In this document: positions 15,746 through 22,482 of the stretch, piece after piece
Layout: the number at the start of each line of letters is the position of its first letter
Position numbering within the stretch: position 1 is the stretch's first letter
NCBI GenBank assembly: GCA_038740895.1
Contig: JAVYLK010000006.1
Span: 1 to 24,000, forward strand
Origin: Candidatus Caldarchaeum sp.
GTDB lineage: Archaea; Thermoproteota; Nitrososphaeria_A; Caldarchaeales; Caldarchaeaceae
Direction: 5' to 3'
Length of the DNA: 24,000 bases
Program-made: the position numbers and the translations under genes
The notes under the pieces: model-generated
The model's database searches: none
Seen by the model: the letters and a program-made list of their open reading frames with translations, nothing else
Told to the model about the DNA's origin: nothing

Positions 15746-16324
15746 TTATGTTATGAACTGCCCTCCCTCGACGTCCGGCATCTCTCTCTTCAGACGCTGC
15801 GCCGCTATCTCCGAAGCCTCCTTGAGAATAGCTTCAGCCTCCGGGTCGGAGACGCTGTACCCAGTAACTGTGTCAGACACAGTTCCCACGCTGACTGAAA
15901 GGTCGTCTAGAAGGTCTTGGACTCCTCTAAGACCGTGGGATATCTCGGGCATCACGCCTCCGACGTCTTTCTGTACAGCCATGACCACTGCGGCTACAGG
16001 TCCGATTACCTTCTTCACCTCGTTGTAGTCTTTGACGGCTTCAAGCCTAAGTACAACTCCCTCGAGGGAGGCTTGGCTTCTTACGGTGGCGTGCATCATC
16101 TTCCTCAGCTGGGCCAGCTCATTGGCGTAGACGGCGGCTCTCTCGTTGTCCTTCTCCATCTTGGCCCGGACTACTTGGTTGAATATCTCCCTACCCCTCA
16201 TCTGCATCGAGCGTGCTTTAGAGTCCATCCTGTTCTGGATAGTCATAAGCCTAGTTATGATCTCGGTCATCTTCTCATCGAACGGCGGCTTTGGCGGTTG
16301 TTTTTTGCGGAAGAATCTTAGCAT
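15746..16324 (-). CDS. ESCRT-III/Snf7 superfamily-like coiled-coil protein (tentative)
   Basis: 192 codons with an ATG start. Basic N-terminus MLRFFRKKQPPKPP. The helical hairpin region is rich in K/R (ARSMQMRGREIFNQVVRAKMEKDNERAAVYANELAQLRKMMH...LEGVVLRLEAVKDY). The C-terminal half is acidic and ends in an amphipathic helix (DPEAEAILKEASEIAAQRLKRE). The layout resembles CHMP/Vps24-type proteins. Confidence 0.45.
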   Translation of the reverse strand: MLRFFRKKQPPKPPFDEKMTEIITRLMTIQNRMDSKARSMQMRGREIFNQVVRAKMEKDNERAAVYANELAQLRKMMHATVRSQASLEGVVLRLEAVKDYNEVKKVIGPVAAVVMAVQKDVGGVMPEISHGLRGVQDLLDDLSVSVGTVSDTVTGYSVSDPEAEAILKEASEIAAQRLKREMPDVEGGQFIT

Positions 16325-16433
16325 CTGTCTCGGCGTACGCCCCGGCTGATGAGTAAAAAGGTTATCGTGAGCATCTTGGATTGATGTTGTGCGGGTATTA
16401 TCCCGGAATGTTCTCGAAAAATAAGAATGGGGT

Positions 16434-16994
16434 TTAGGTTTTGCTCCGCCACGTCAGCAGGTAGGCGAGTCCTCCGAGCAGCACTCCAGCTGCTAGAACG
16501 AAGATGAATGCAGCTATCCAGGTTGGATAGCCCAGCGGTATTCCGTAGAATATGTTGACGTGCACTTGGCCCGCATTCCACCCACGTCCTCCAACCTCGA
16601 CCGGAAGCATGGCAGCCCCTCCCAGATAGCCGCCAATCATCATCATCCACGTAGCTCCTACGACGCCGACGTTCATCAATATGAGGTGGAGCCATGCCAA
16701 GGTGTTTGCAACACCCTTGAAAGGCTTGCCTAGGACGTTTTCGATGTAGTGGTAGAAAAGGGCTGTCACCGCTACACCCATCACCCCGACAATCAAGTAT
16801 GTCGTGTACCCTACTGTGAACCAGTTGCCGGCGCTTCCGAAGGCGATGACCCTGCTGAACTCAGGCCTCATGAACCCTAGCTGCCCTATCACCCAGAACA
16901 ACGTCAGCCCTGTCGCAAGAGCGCCCTGCACGATCGCAGCCGATATGAACCTAGAAGCCCACTTTGAAACCAAAACTTTCTGGGACACGTCCAA
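16434..16994 (-). CDS. Hypothetical polytopic membrane protein (about 5 TM helices)
   Basis: 186 codons with a TTG (16994) or GTG (16988) start. Consistently hydrophobic segments, and a TATA-like TTATTAAATAATT at ~17014-17026 upstream. I recognise no family. Confidence 0.5.
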   Translation of the reverse strand: MDVSQKVLVSKWASRFISAAIVQGALATGLTLFWVIGQLGFMRPEFSRVIAFGSAGNWFTVGYTTYLIVGVMGVAVTALFYHYIENVLGKPFKGVANTLAWLHLILMNVGVVGATWMMMIGGYLGGAAMLPVEVGGRGWNAGQVHVNIFYGIPLGYPTWIAAFIFVLAAGVLLGGLAYLLTWRSKT

Positions 16995-17077
16995 GTTATC
17001 TACTTACGTGTTATTAAATAATTACGTTCACATGTCTACAAAGCTGCGCAAAAGCGTGAAGATGCACGCCACTAAGG

Positions 17078-17086
17078 TATTTATTA
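17078..17086 (+). promoter_or_regulatory. TATA box for tRNA-Arg(UCU)
   Basis: TATTTATTA is centred ~28 nt upstream of the tRNA 5' end (17110). Confidence 0.5.
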
Positions 17087-17109
17087 GTGCGGTGGTAGAT
17101 GTTAGCTGC

Positions 17110-17240
17110 GGGCCCGTAGCTCAGAATGGATAGAGAGGGTCGTGGCTGTAGACCCCTAGAATACCGGCCTTCTAAGTCGGGGGTCGTGAGCACGGGGCTG
17201 GAAAGCCTCTGCCGACAGGGTTCAAGTCCCACCGGGCCCG
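17110..17240 (+). tRNA. tRNA-Arg (anticodon UCU) with two non-canonical introns (D arm and T stem)
   Basis: Reads GGGCCCG-TA-GCTC-AGAATGGATA-GAG[26 nt, 17136-17161]T-A-CCGGC-CTTCTAA-GTCGG-GGGTC-GTG[30 nt, 17189-17218]GG-TTCAAGT-CCCAC-CGGGCCC-G. Anticodon TCT is at 17171-17173. The cloverleaf closes only if both inserts are removed. The gene is 131 nt and the mature tRNA 75 nt. Boundaries are ambiguous by 1-2 nt. Confidence 0.75.
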
Positions 17241-17324
17241 CAGCCATGATCAAAAAAGCCTGCACACATAACGGTCTGTAACAGAGGTTTTGGCGGCAGC
17301 TCTGTCGAGTTTTACCAAAAATGG

Positions 17325-17333
17325 TTTTTAAAT
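17325..17333 (+). promoter_or_regulatory. TATA box for tRNA-Thr
   Basis: TTTTTAAAT is centred ~32 nt upstream of the tRNA 5' end (17362). Confidence 0.45.
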
Positions 17334-17361
17334 CCTTAGTAGCCTATAAGAGCGGCGACAA

Positions 17362-17436
17362 GCCCTGGTAGCTCAGCCCGGTTAGAGCGGCCGCCTCGTA
17401 AGCGGCAGGTCGAGGGTTCAAAGCCCTCCCAGGGCT
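17362..17436 (+). tRNA. tRNA-Thr (anticodon CGU), intronless
   Basis: GCCCTGG-TA-GCTC-AGCCCGGTTA-GAGC-G-GCCGC-CTCGTAA-GCGGC-AGGTC-GAGGG-TTCAAAG-CCCTC-CCAGGGC-T. Length 75 nt. T-runs follow at 17444-17463. Confidence 0.95.
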
Positions 17437-18075
17437 TCATCTTGTTTTGGGTTTTGATGCTTTTATGACCCATGGTGTCCAGACGTTTTCTAGGGCTTTG
17501 GCTCGGTGGATGGTGTTGAGGATTATGACGGAGGGGATTAGGCTGAATGCCGTGTGGATGATGTTGTAGACTGCTGTGAAGAAAAGGACCAGCAAAAGGC
17601 CTTGGAGGTCTGCTGCTAGGCTTATGCCTAGGAAAGCTGAGAGCATCATCGTTGCGAAGTTCAGGAATTCTGGGAACATCATCACGAGCACGACGTAGTT
17701 GGCAGCGGTGAGGATCATCACTCTCACTGCAGTTCCCACAACTGCTCCTCCTCCAACCATGGTTCTGAAGCTCCGCCCCGACATCAGCCTTGATCCAGCC
17801 CAGAGCCCCATCAGCGAGGAAAACACAGCCAAAAACTTCAGCGTTGGGCCGACGGGAGTAAACTCGCCGACAGCCAGAAGAGCCATGTAGTATATCACAG
17901 CTGCCAGAAACCCTGACGCTGGGCCGAACCCCAGCAAGGCCGTGAAGACAGGTATCTCAGCAGGGTCGAACCTTAAGTATGGTACCGGCGGGAACGGGAA
18001 GCTCAACGGAAGCACAGCTAGGACGAGGGCAAGCGCAGCCATCGAAGCGCCTGAAGTTATGGTTGTGAGCCTCAT
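17437..18075 (-). CDS. ECF-transporter S-component-like membrane protein (substrate unknown)
   Basis: 212 codons with an ATG start. LSFPFPPVPYLRFDPAEIPVFTALLGFGPASGFLAAVIYY matches the pattern I recall for RibU-type S components (FP.P..PFLKFD.S.IP.LL...L.GP..G). No EcfA/EcfT gene is adjacent. TATA-like TATTAAAAA (complement of 18100-18109) lies ~29 nt upstream. Confidence 0.55.
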   Translation of the reverse strand: MRLTTITSGASMAALALVLAVLPLSFPFPPVPYLRFDPAEIPVFTALLGFGPASGFLAAVIYYMALLAVGEFTPVGPTLKFLAVFSSLMGLWAGSRLMSGRSFRTMVGGGAVVGTAVRVMILTAANYVVLVMMFPEFLNFATMMLSAFLGISLAADLQGLLLVLFFTAVYNIIHTAFSLIPSVIILNTIHRAKALENVWTPWVIKASKPKTR

Positions 18076-18137
18076 TTCCGCAAGGACGAAGGTTGTTGGT
18101 TTTTAATAGGTGTTGAGTACCTACGTAGAGTCTTTTC

Positions 18138-19346
18138 ATGCTTAAAACCCGAGACTTAAATAGAATACAAGTGGATGCCAAGATGCAGATGAAGGCTTCT
18201 GACGTTATGATGACCGAGTTTCCGTCGGTCTACGAAAACGACCCGCTGACCAAGATAATCGGGTTTTTCATGGAGAGAAGAGCAGACGTGGTTGTGGTGC
18301 AGGAGCAGACTGACAACAAGCTTCTGGGGATAGTGACGAAGAGGTCCATCCTGAAGCCGAACCTCAACCCCTCCACGGTTCTGGCCAAGACGCTGGCTGT
18401 CAAAACTCCGAGGATACTCCCCTCGGACAACCTCGAGAAGGTGGCTTCTCAGATGCTTGAGAAGAACCTCAAAGGCATACCCGTGACTTCTGGAGGCAGG
18501 CCTGTTGGGCTTGTCGCAGCAACTGACGTCATACTCAACTCGCAGAACTCTCTCGGCAAGGTCGAGGTAGGGCAAGTAATGACCAAGGACGTCATTACAA
18601 TCGGCTCGAACGACACGATAGGCAAGGCCATTTCGCTTATGCGGGATGAGGGCGTATCGCGTCTTCCCGTTGTTGAGGGCGGCAGGCTGGTTGGCATCGT
18701 CACCGTCTCGGACATAGCTGAGAAAGTCATAAAACCCAGGATCAAGGCGTCGTGGGGGGATGTCGTCGGCGAAAGAGTTAGGACGTTGAGCAACCCTGTC
18801 AAGAGCATAATGACGAGGAACGTTATAACAACTCAGCCTAGGGAGAAGATAGTGTCGGCCGTCGAGCGGATGAAGGTCCACGGCTTGTCATGCCTTGTGG
18901 CGACTGAGATGAACAGGGTTGTGGGTATATTCACTTTGATGGATGCTTTAGAACCGTTGGTGGCTAGGCAAGAGGGTGAGAGGAGGACCATCTCGATAGA
19001 GGTGAGCTACAAGCTGGAAAGAGTTGACATGGACGTCAAGGAGAGCGTGCTCGAAGTAGCCGAGAAATTCGTGCAGAGGTTCCGGAAAACACTAGGCCAC
19101 GGCGTTCTGAGCCTTTACTTCAAGGAGCACAAGGAAAAACACGGAGACCTCAAGCTCATCCACTGCAGGGCGAGACTGAACTCCGACAGGTATCAGTTTG
19201 TCGGCATCGGCGAGGCCTGGAGACCTGACTTGGCGGCGAGAACTGCCCTGAAGGTAATCGAGAGGCAGTTCCTCGTGAGGAAAGAGCTGGCGTCCAAGTA
19301 CCCCTACGGAAGAGAGTTCTTCGAAAGCCTGACCGGAGCCTACTGA
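18138..19346 (+). CDS. Four-CBS-domain protein with a non-CBS C-terminal domain (HPF/RaiA-like by eye)
   Basis: 402-codon ORF. An alternative ATG at 18183 sits 24 nt downstream of TATA-like CTTAAATAG (18155-18163). Four CBS motifs: ASDVMMTEFPSV...LLGIVTKRSIL; ...PVGLVAATDVIL; VGQVMTKDVITI...LVGIVTVSDIA; VKSIMTRNVITT...VVGIFTLMDAL. The C-terminal part (nt ~18987-19343) is described under findings. Confidence 0.85.
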   Translation: MLKTRDLNRIQVDAKMQMKASDVMMTEFPSVYENDPLTKIIGFFMERRADVVVVQEQTDNKLLGIVTKRSILKPNLNPSTVLAKTLAVKTPRILPSDNLEKVASQMLEKNLKGIPVTSGGRPVGLVAATDVILNSQNSLGKVEVGQVMTKDVITIGSNDTIGKAISLMRDEGVSRLPVVEGGRLVGIVTVSDIAEKVIKPRIKASWGDVVGERVRTLSNPVKSIMTRNVITTQPREKIVSAVERMKVHGLSCLVATEMNRVVGIFTLMDALEPLVARQEGERRTISIEVSYKLERVDMDVKESVLEVAEKFVQRFRKTLGHGVLSLYFKEHKEKHGDLKLIHCRARLNSDRYQFVGIGEAWRPDLAARTALKVIERQFLVRKELASKYPYGREFFESLTGAY

Positions 19347-19519
19347 CCCTTCTCCTCCTTCATCATGGCCAAGTATTCGTCAACCTCCATCTCGATGATT
19401 AGGGAGCCGACGTATCCGCATGACCCACACCTGTAAACCTTCCCGAGATAGCCTCCAAGATGAAGGTCGATGCTCGTGCCCTTGCAAGAAGGACAGACCT
19501 GAACAACTTTCTTCTTCAA
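19340..19519 (-). CDS. Small zinc-ribbon protein (59 aa), absent from the supplied ORF track
   Basis: Hand translation of the minus strand gives (M)KKKVVQVCPSCKGTSIDLHLGGYLGKVYRCGSCGYVGSLIIEMEVDEYLAMMKEEKGQ*. The TTG start (19519-19517) overlaps the TGA stop of mrp (19518-19516) as TTGA, with GAGGA a few nt upstream. Two CxxC pairs give a zinc-ribbon signature. At 59 aa it is shorter than every entry in the track (minimum 60 aa). Confidence 0.55.
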   Translation of the reverse strand: MKKKVVQVCPSCKGTSIDLHLGGYLGKVYRCGSCGYVGSLIIEMEVDEYLAMMKEEKGQ

Positions 19520-20613
19520 ACTTCCTCAGCCTTGGCCCCACTCCGGTGGGCTAAGACGCTTATCTTTGAGGCCACGTTTCGCGCCATTTCTTGGAAGGCT
19601 TTGGCAGCGGGAGATGCAGGGTCTGCCAGTACTATGGGAAGTCCTTTGTCGTAGTTGACGGAGACGTCTGGAACTAGGGGGATTCGGCCGAGGACAGGTA
19701 TGTCTAGCTCTTCAGCCATGCTGTCTATGACGCTCTCCCCGAACAGCTTGGACGCTGTTCCGCAGCAAGGGCAGACGAAGTGGCTCATGTTCTCGACCAC
19801 GCCGATAACGGGGATTCCGAGCCTCCTGAACATTCTCAAAGCTTTCGCCGCTATGACGGATGCGGCTGCTTGAGGAGTTGAGACAACCACGACGCCTGTT
19901 AACGGGATTGTCTGAGCTAGGGTGAGGGAGGCGTCTCCTGTCCCCGGGGGAAGGTCGACGACTAGGTAGTCTAGGTCGCCCCACACAGCCTCCGTAAGAA
20001 GTTGTTTGACGGCGCTAGCCACTAAGGGCCCTCTCCAGATTACCGCCGTGTTTTCGTCGACGAATAGGCCTAGGGACATCACCTTGATTCCCAGCATTAT
20101 CCTGGCGGGGTCCACCTTATTCTTTCCCAGAATCTTCGGAGGCTGGACCACTTTGACGATCTTCGGCATCATAGGTCCGTAGATGTCTGTATCGACCAGC
20201 CCGACCTTTGCGCCAGCGAGAGCAAGGCTGCAGGCCAGGTTGATGGAGACCGTCGTCTTTCCCACCCCACCCTTGCCGCTTGCGACCGCTATCACGTTCT
20301 TAACCCTCGAAAGCTCGTCCAAGCCGGCGGCCGAAGGCCTGGCTGACCATACACGAGCCGTGACCTTCATGTCCAACTCCTCAACACCCGGAACCGCTTG
20401 GACAGCTCGCCGAACGCTGTCTTCAATCTCCTTGTTAAAAGGGCATGCAGGCGTAGTGAGCTCCAGAGTGAAGCTAACCTTGGCGCCGTCGATGCTCAAG
20501 TCCTTTATCATGCCGAGGGAGACGACGTCAATCTTAAGGTCGGGGTCGATTACCGTCCGGAGAGAGCTCAGAACCTTGTCCCTGTCAACCAAGAAACCCA
20601 CACGCCAACTCAC
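19516..20613 (-). CDS. mrp: Mrp/NBP35/ApbC-family iron-sulfur cluster carrier ATPase with N-terminal DUF59/MIP18-like domain
   Basis: 365 codons with GTG start at 20613 (other in-frame starts are possible). DUF59 region VLSSLRTVIDPDLKIDVVSLGMI...TTPACP. Deviant Walker A VASGKGGVGKTT. CxxC pair in FVCPCCG. Confidence 0.9.
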   Translation of the reverse strand: MSWRVGFLVDRDKVLSSLRTVIDPDLKIDVVSLGMIKDLSIDGAKVSFTLELTTPACPFNKEIEDSVRRAVQAVPGVEELDMKVTARVWSARPSAAGLDELSRVKNVIAVASGKGGVGKTTVSINLACSLALAGAKVGLVDTDIYGPMMPKIVKVVQPPKILGKNKVDPARIMLGIKVMSLGLFVDENTAVIWRGPLVASAVKQLLTEAVWGDLDYLVVDLPPGTGDASLTLAQTIPLTGVVVVSTPQAAASVIAAKALRMFRRLGIPVIGVVENMSHFVCPCCGTASKLFGESVIDSMAEELDIPVLGRIPLVPDVSVNYDKGLPIVLADPASPAAKAFQEMARNVASKISVLAHRSGAKAEEV

Positions 20614-20645
20614 AGCCCTGGAGTTTATTTATGTGTTTCCTATCA

Positions 20646-21152
20646 TCAAATTATGTTTACAAGCTTCCACGCAGCGTCGTCCACGTGATGGATGTTTTTA
20701 ACCACCCTGCCCCTCGAGGCCTCAGCAGCCTCGGACGAGTTTATCAAAGCGCTGCCGACAGCCAGAGGCTGTGAATGCTTGTCATCCCTCACAACAACCA
20801 GTTCGCCCTGCTTGAACTCGTCCATCCTCGTGATTCCGGGCCTCATGACGTCTGCGCCCGAAGCTATTCTGGGAACAGCTCCCTTGTCGACCCATACTGA
20901 CGGCAGCCTGTCGACGATCTCGGCGTTCGGCTTGACTAGTACGGGGACCAGCCAAGCCTCCTTCTCCACGAAGACGTAAGGCCCTAGAACAATCAAAGAA
21001 ACCTTCTCAGCGTCAACCCTCTCGACACCACGCTTTACAAGCTTCTTCAGCTGCCCCTGGTCCAGAAAGCTACTAAGCCCTTCGACGACCTTCTCAGCTT
21101 CCTGCGAAGGCAGAGTCCTCCTCCTCAACAACCCATCACAGCCAGCCTTCAA
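20646..21152 (-). CDS. PUA-domain RNA-binding protein (archaeal MCT-1/Tma20-like)
   Basis: 168 codons. PUA pattern VWVDKGAVPRIASGADVMRPGITRMDEFKQGELVVVRDDKHSQPLAVGSALINSSEA. The first in-frame start is TTG 21152, directly abutting a T7A tract (complement of 21153-21160). TTG codons at 21131 and 21128 lie ~25 nt downstream of that tract, so the true start is uncertain. Confidence 0.7.
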   Translation of the reverse strand: MKAGCDGLLRRRTLPSQEAEKVVEGLSSFLDQGQLKKLVKRGVERVDAEKVSLIVLGPYVFVEKEAWLVPVLVKPNAEIVDRLPSVWVDKGAVPRIASGADVMRPGITRMDEFKQGELVVVRDDKHSQPLAVGSALINSSEAAEASRGRVVKNIHHVDDAAWKLVNII

Positions 21153-21204
21153 TAAAAAAATGAGTCAAAAACCCAAAATAGCACGAAGACGACGTTGCGT
21201 CTAA

Positions 21205-21289
21205 GCGGGGGTTGCCAAGCCTGGTCAACGGCGCAGGGCTTAGGACCCTGTCCCGTAGGGGTTCGTGGGTTCAAATCCCACCCCCCGCA
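21205..21289 (+). tRNA. tRNA-Leu (anticodon UAG), long variable arm, intronless
   Basis: GCGGGGG-TT-GCC-AAGCCTGGTCAAC-GGC-G-CAGGG-CTTAGGA-CCCTG-TCCCGTAGGGGTTC-GTGGG-TTCAAAT-CCCAC-CCCCCGC-A. Anticodon at 21241-21243. Length 85 nt. Confidence 0.95.
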
Positions 21290-21389
21290 CATAACTAAAC
21301 AATTTCGTGACGTGCAGGGAAAACTATAGGACAATGCCCACATAAGCTGAAAGAAAATGTGGAAGCTAGGCGTGCAGACGCTTTGTGTC

Positions 21390-21656
21390 TTATAAGAGTT
21401 TTATTGCTTCCTCCCTCGGGATAGCTGTTAAAGTTTCTATCCACACGAAGTCAGAAACTGTGATAGCCATCTTAAGGGCTTCTTTTTCACCTGGGGCTTC
21501 GAAGGTGACTGCTACATCATAGCGTCCAAGGGTCCAATACCAGCCTAGAATTTTAATTCCGGTTTTCTGAAGCTCCTCCTGAATCGTTTTTGTGGATTGC
21601 TGCACCATCCCATTGCTTGGTTTTTCCTTAAACTTGCCCAAACTAATGAAAATCAC
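21390..21656 (-). CDS. GYD-domain protein
   Basis: 88 codons with a GTG start. ILGWYWTLGRYDVAVTFEAPGEKEALKMA contains the eponymous G-(R)-Y-D motif. Codon third positions are visibly A/T-richer than in neighbouring core genes. Confidence 0.7.
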   Translation of the reverse strand: MIFISLGKFKEKPSNGMVQQSTKTIQEELQKTGIKILGWYWTLGRYDVAVTFEAPGEKEALKMAITVSDFVWIETLTAIPREEAIKLL

Positions 21657-21673
21657 ACTAATCGCCTCATTCC

Positions 21674-22111
21674 TCAGAGACGTGACCTTGGACCAAGGCT
21701 ATTCTCTATAACGCCCAGCTGACGCAACATCCCCAACTCATCATAGTTCTCCCACTCCTCCACAACCTTGCCATCCCTAAATCTCATGACACCTATAGTC
21801 CTAATCGATATCTTTTTGTTCGTGGGAGGCAAGCCCATCAGATCACCACTATTGGTTCCCGATATTGTCATACGATAGCATAGCTTGTCGCCGGCTGTGA
21901 AGATGTCGTCCACATGAATATGCATATCTGGAAAAGCTTTCAGCATTTCACTGATGAACTGTCTCCAATCTTCCCTTGTCAGATTAGCTGTCTCACCATT
22001 TCCATGGTAAACAAATCCCCTATCATATAGCTCGTCTATAACACTTAGTTCTTTTCGATTGTATGAATCAACCACCTTGTGCACGGCGCTTTCCATTTCA
22101 ATTGCTGTCAT
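21674..22111 (-). CDS. SnoaL-like ester/polyketide cyclase family protein
   Basis: 145 codons. VVDSYNRKELSVIDELYDRGFVYH...FPDMHIHVDDIFTAGDKLCYRMTISGTNSGDLMGLPPTNKKISIRTIGVMRFRDGKVVEEWENYD matches the SnoaL/ester-cyclase pattern. Confidence 0.7.
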   Translation of the reverse strand: MTAIEMESAVHKVVDSYNRKELSVIDELYDRGFVYHGNGETANLTREDWRQFISEMLKAFPDMHIHVDDIFTAGDKLCYRMTISGTNSGDLMGLPPTNKKISIRTIGVMRFRDGKVVEEWENYDELGMLRQLGVIENSLGPRSRL

Positions 22112-22452
22112 GAGAAGGGGTGGTCCGTGTGGCTATTATATTCGGCATAGCTACGTCAAAACCGGTTAGTCATACACCCTTAATTACGATCACATAGGCT
22201 GATTTAATAGGTCGATAAAAATAAACGGATAGATCTGTCGGATGAGAAACGCCGTTCAAAAGGCTCTTATGGCGTGGTCTCTGTCCGGCCGCTTGCGTCA
22301 GCCAGTGCTGCCTGATCGGCCCTCTTCAGCCAGCCAGAGTATTCCTCAAAGAGCTATTCTCTCCGCTATAGTCTGCCTCGCAACCTACTAAAAGTTTCCT
22401 TTTTCCGTCTCTGTTATATACATTATGTTCCAAGGCTTGTAATTGCTCTAAC

Positions 22453-22460
22453 TTTATAAT
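22453..22460 (+). promoter_or_regulatory. TATA box positioned for a leaderless transcript starting at ATG 22483
   Basis: TTTATAAT is centred 26-27 nt upstream of ATG 22483, the start of the full-length hydrolase frame. Confidence 0.5.
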
Positions 22461-22482
22461 CAGACGGGTGAAGTCTGACGCA

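Noticed and set aside
16318-16695. 125-aa minus-strand ORF overlapping the 186-aa membrane protein gene
   Set aside because: It is off-frame inside or adjacent to a convincingly hydrophobic ORF, and its product is Arg-rich with no features.
16434-16994. Faint resemblance of the 186-aa membrane protein (LAWLHLILMNVGVVGATWMMMIGGYLG) to heme-copper oxidase subunit I helices
   Set aside because: The protein is far too short (about 5 helices versus 12), and I cannot place the conserved His ligand set. The resemblance is treated as generic TM-helix similarity.
17014-17265. 83-aa ORF on the minus strand
   Set aside because: It is almost entirely the antisense of tRNA-Arg(UCU) and its promoter. The tRNA reading explains the region.
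18156-18881. 241-aa minus-strand ORF antisense to the CBS gene
   Set aside because: The plus-strand frame carries four clear CBS motifs. The antisense product is R/L/P-rich without any recognisable domain, so it is a shadow ORF despite its length.
21149-21343. 64-aa ORF on the minus strand
   Set aside because: It covers the antisense of tRNA-Leu(UAG), so it is spurious.
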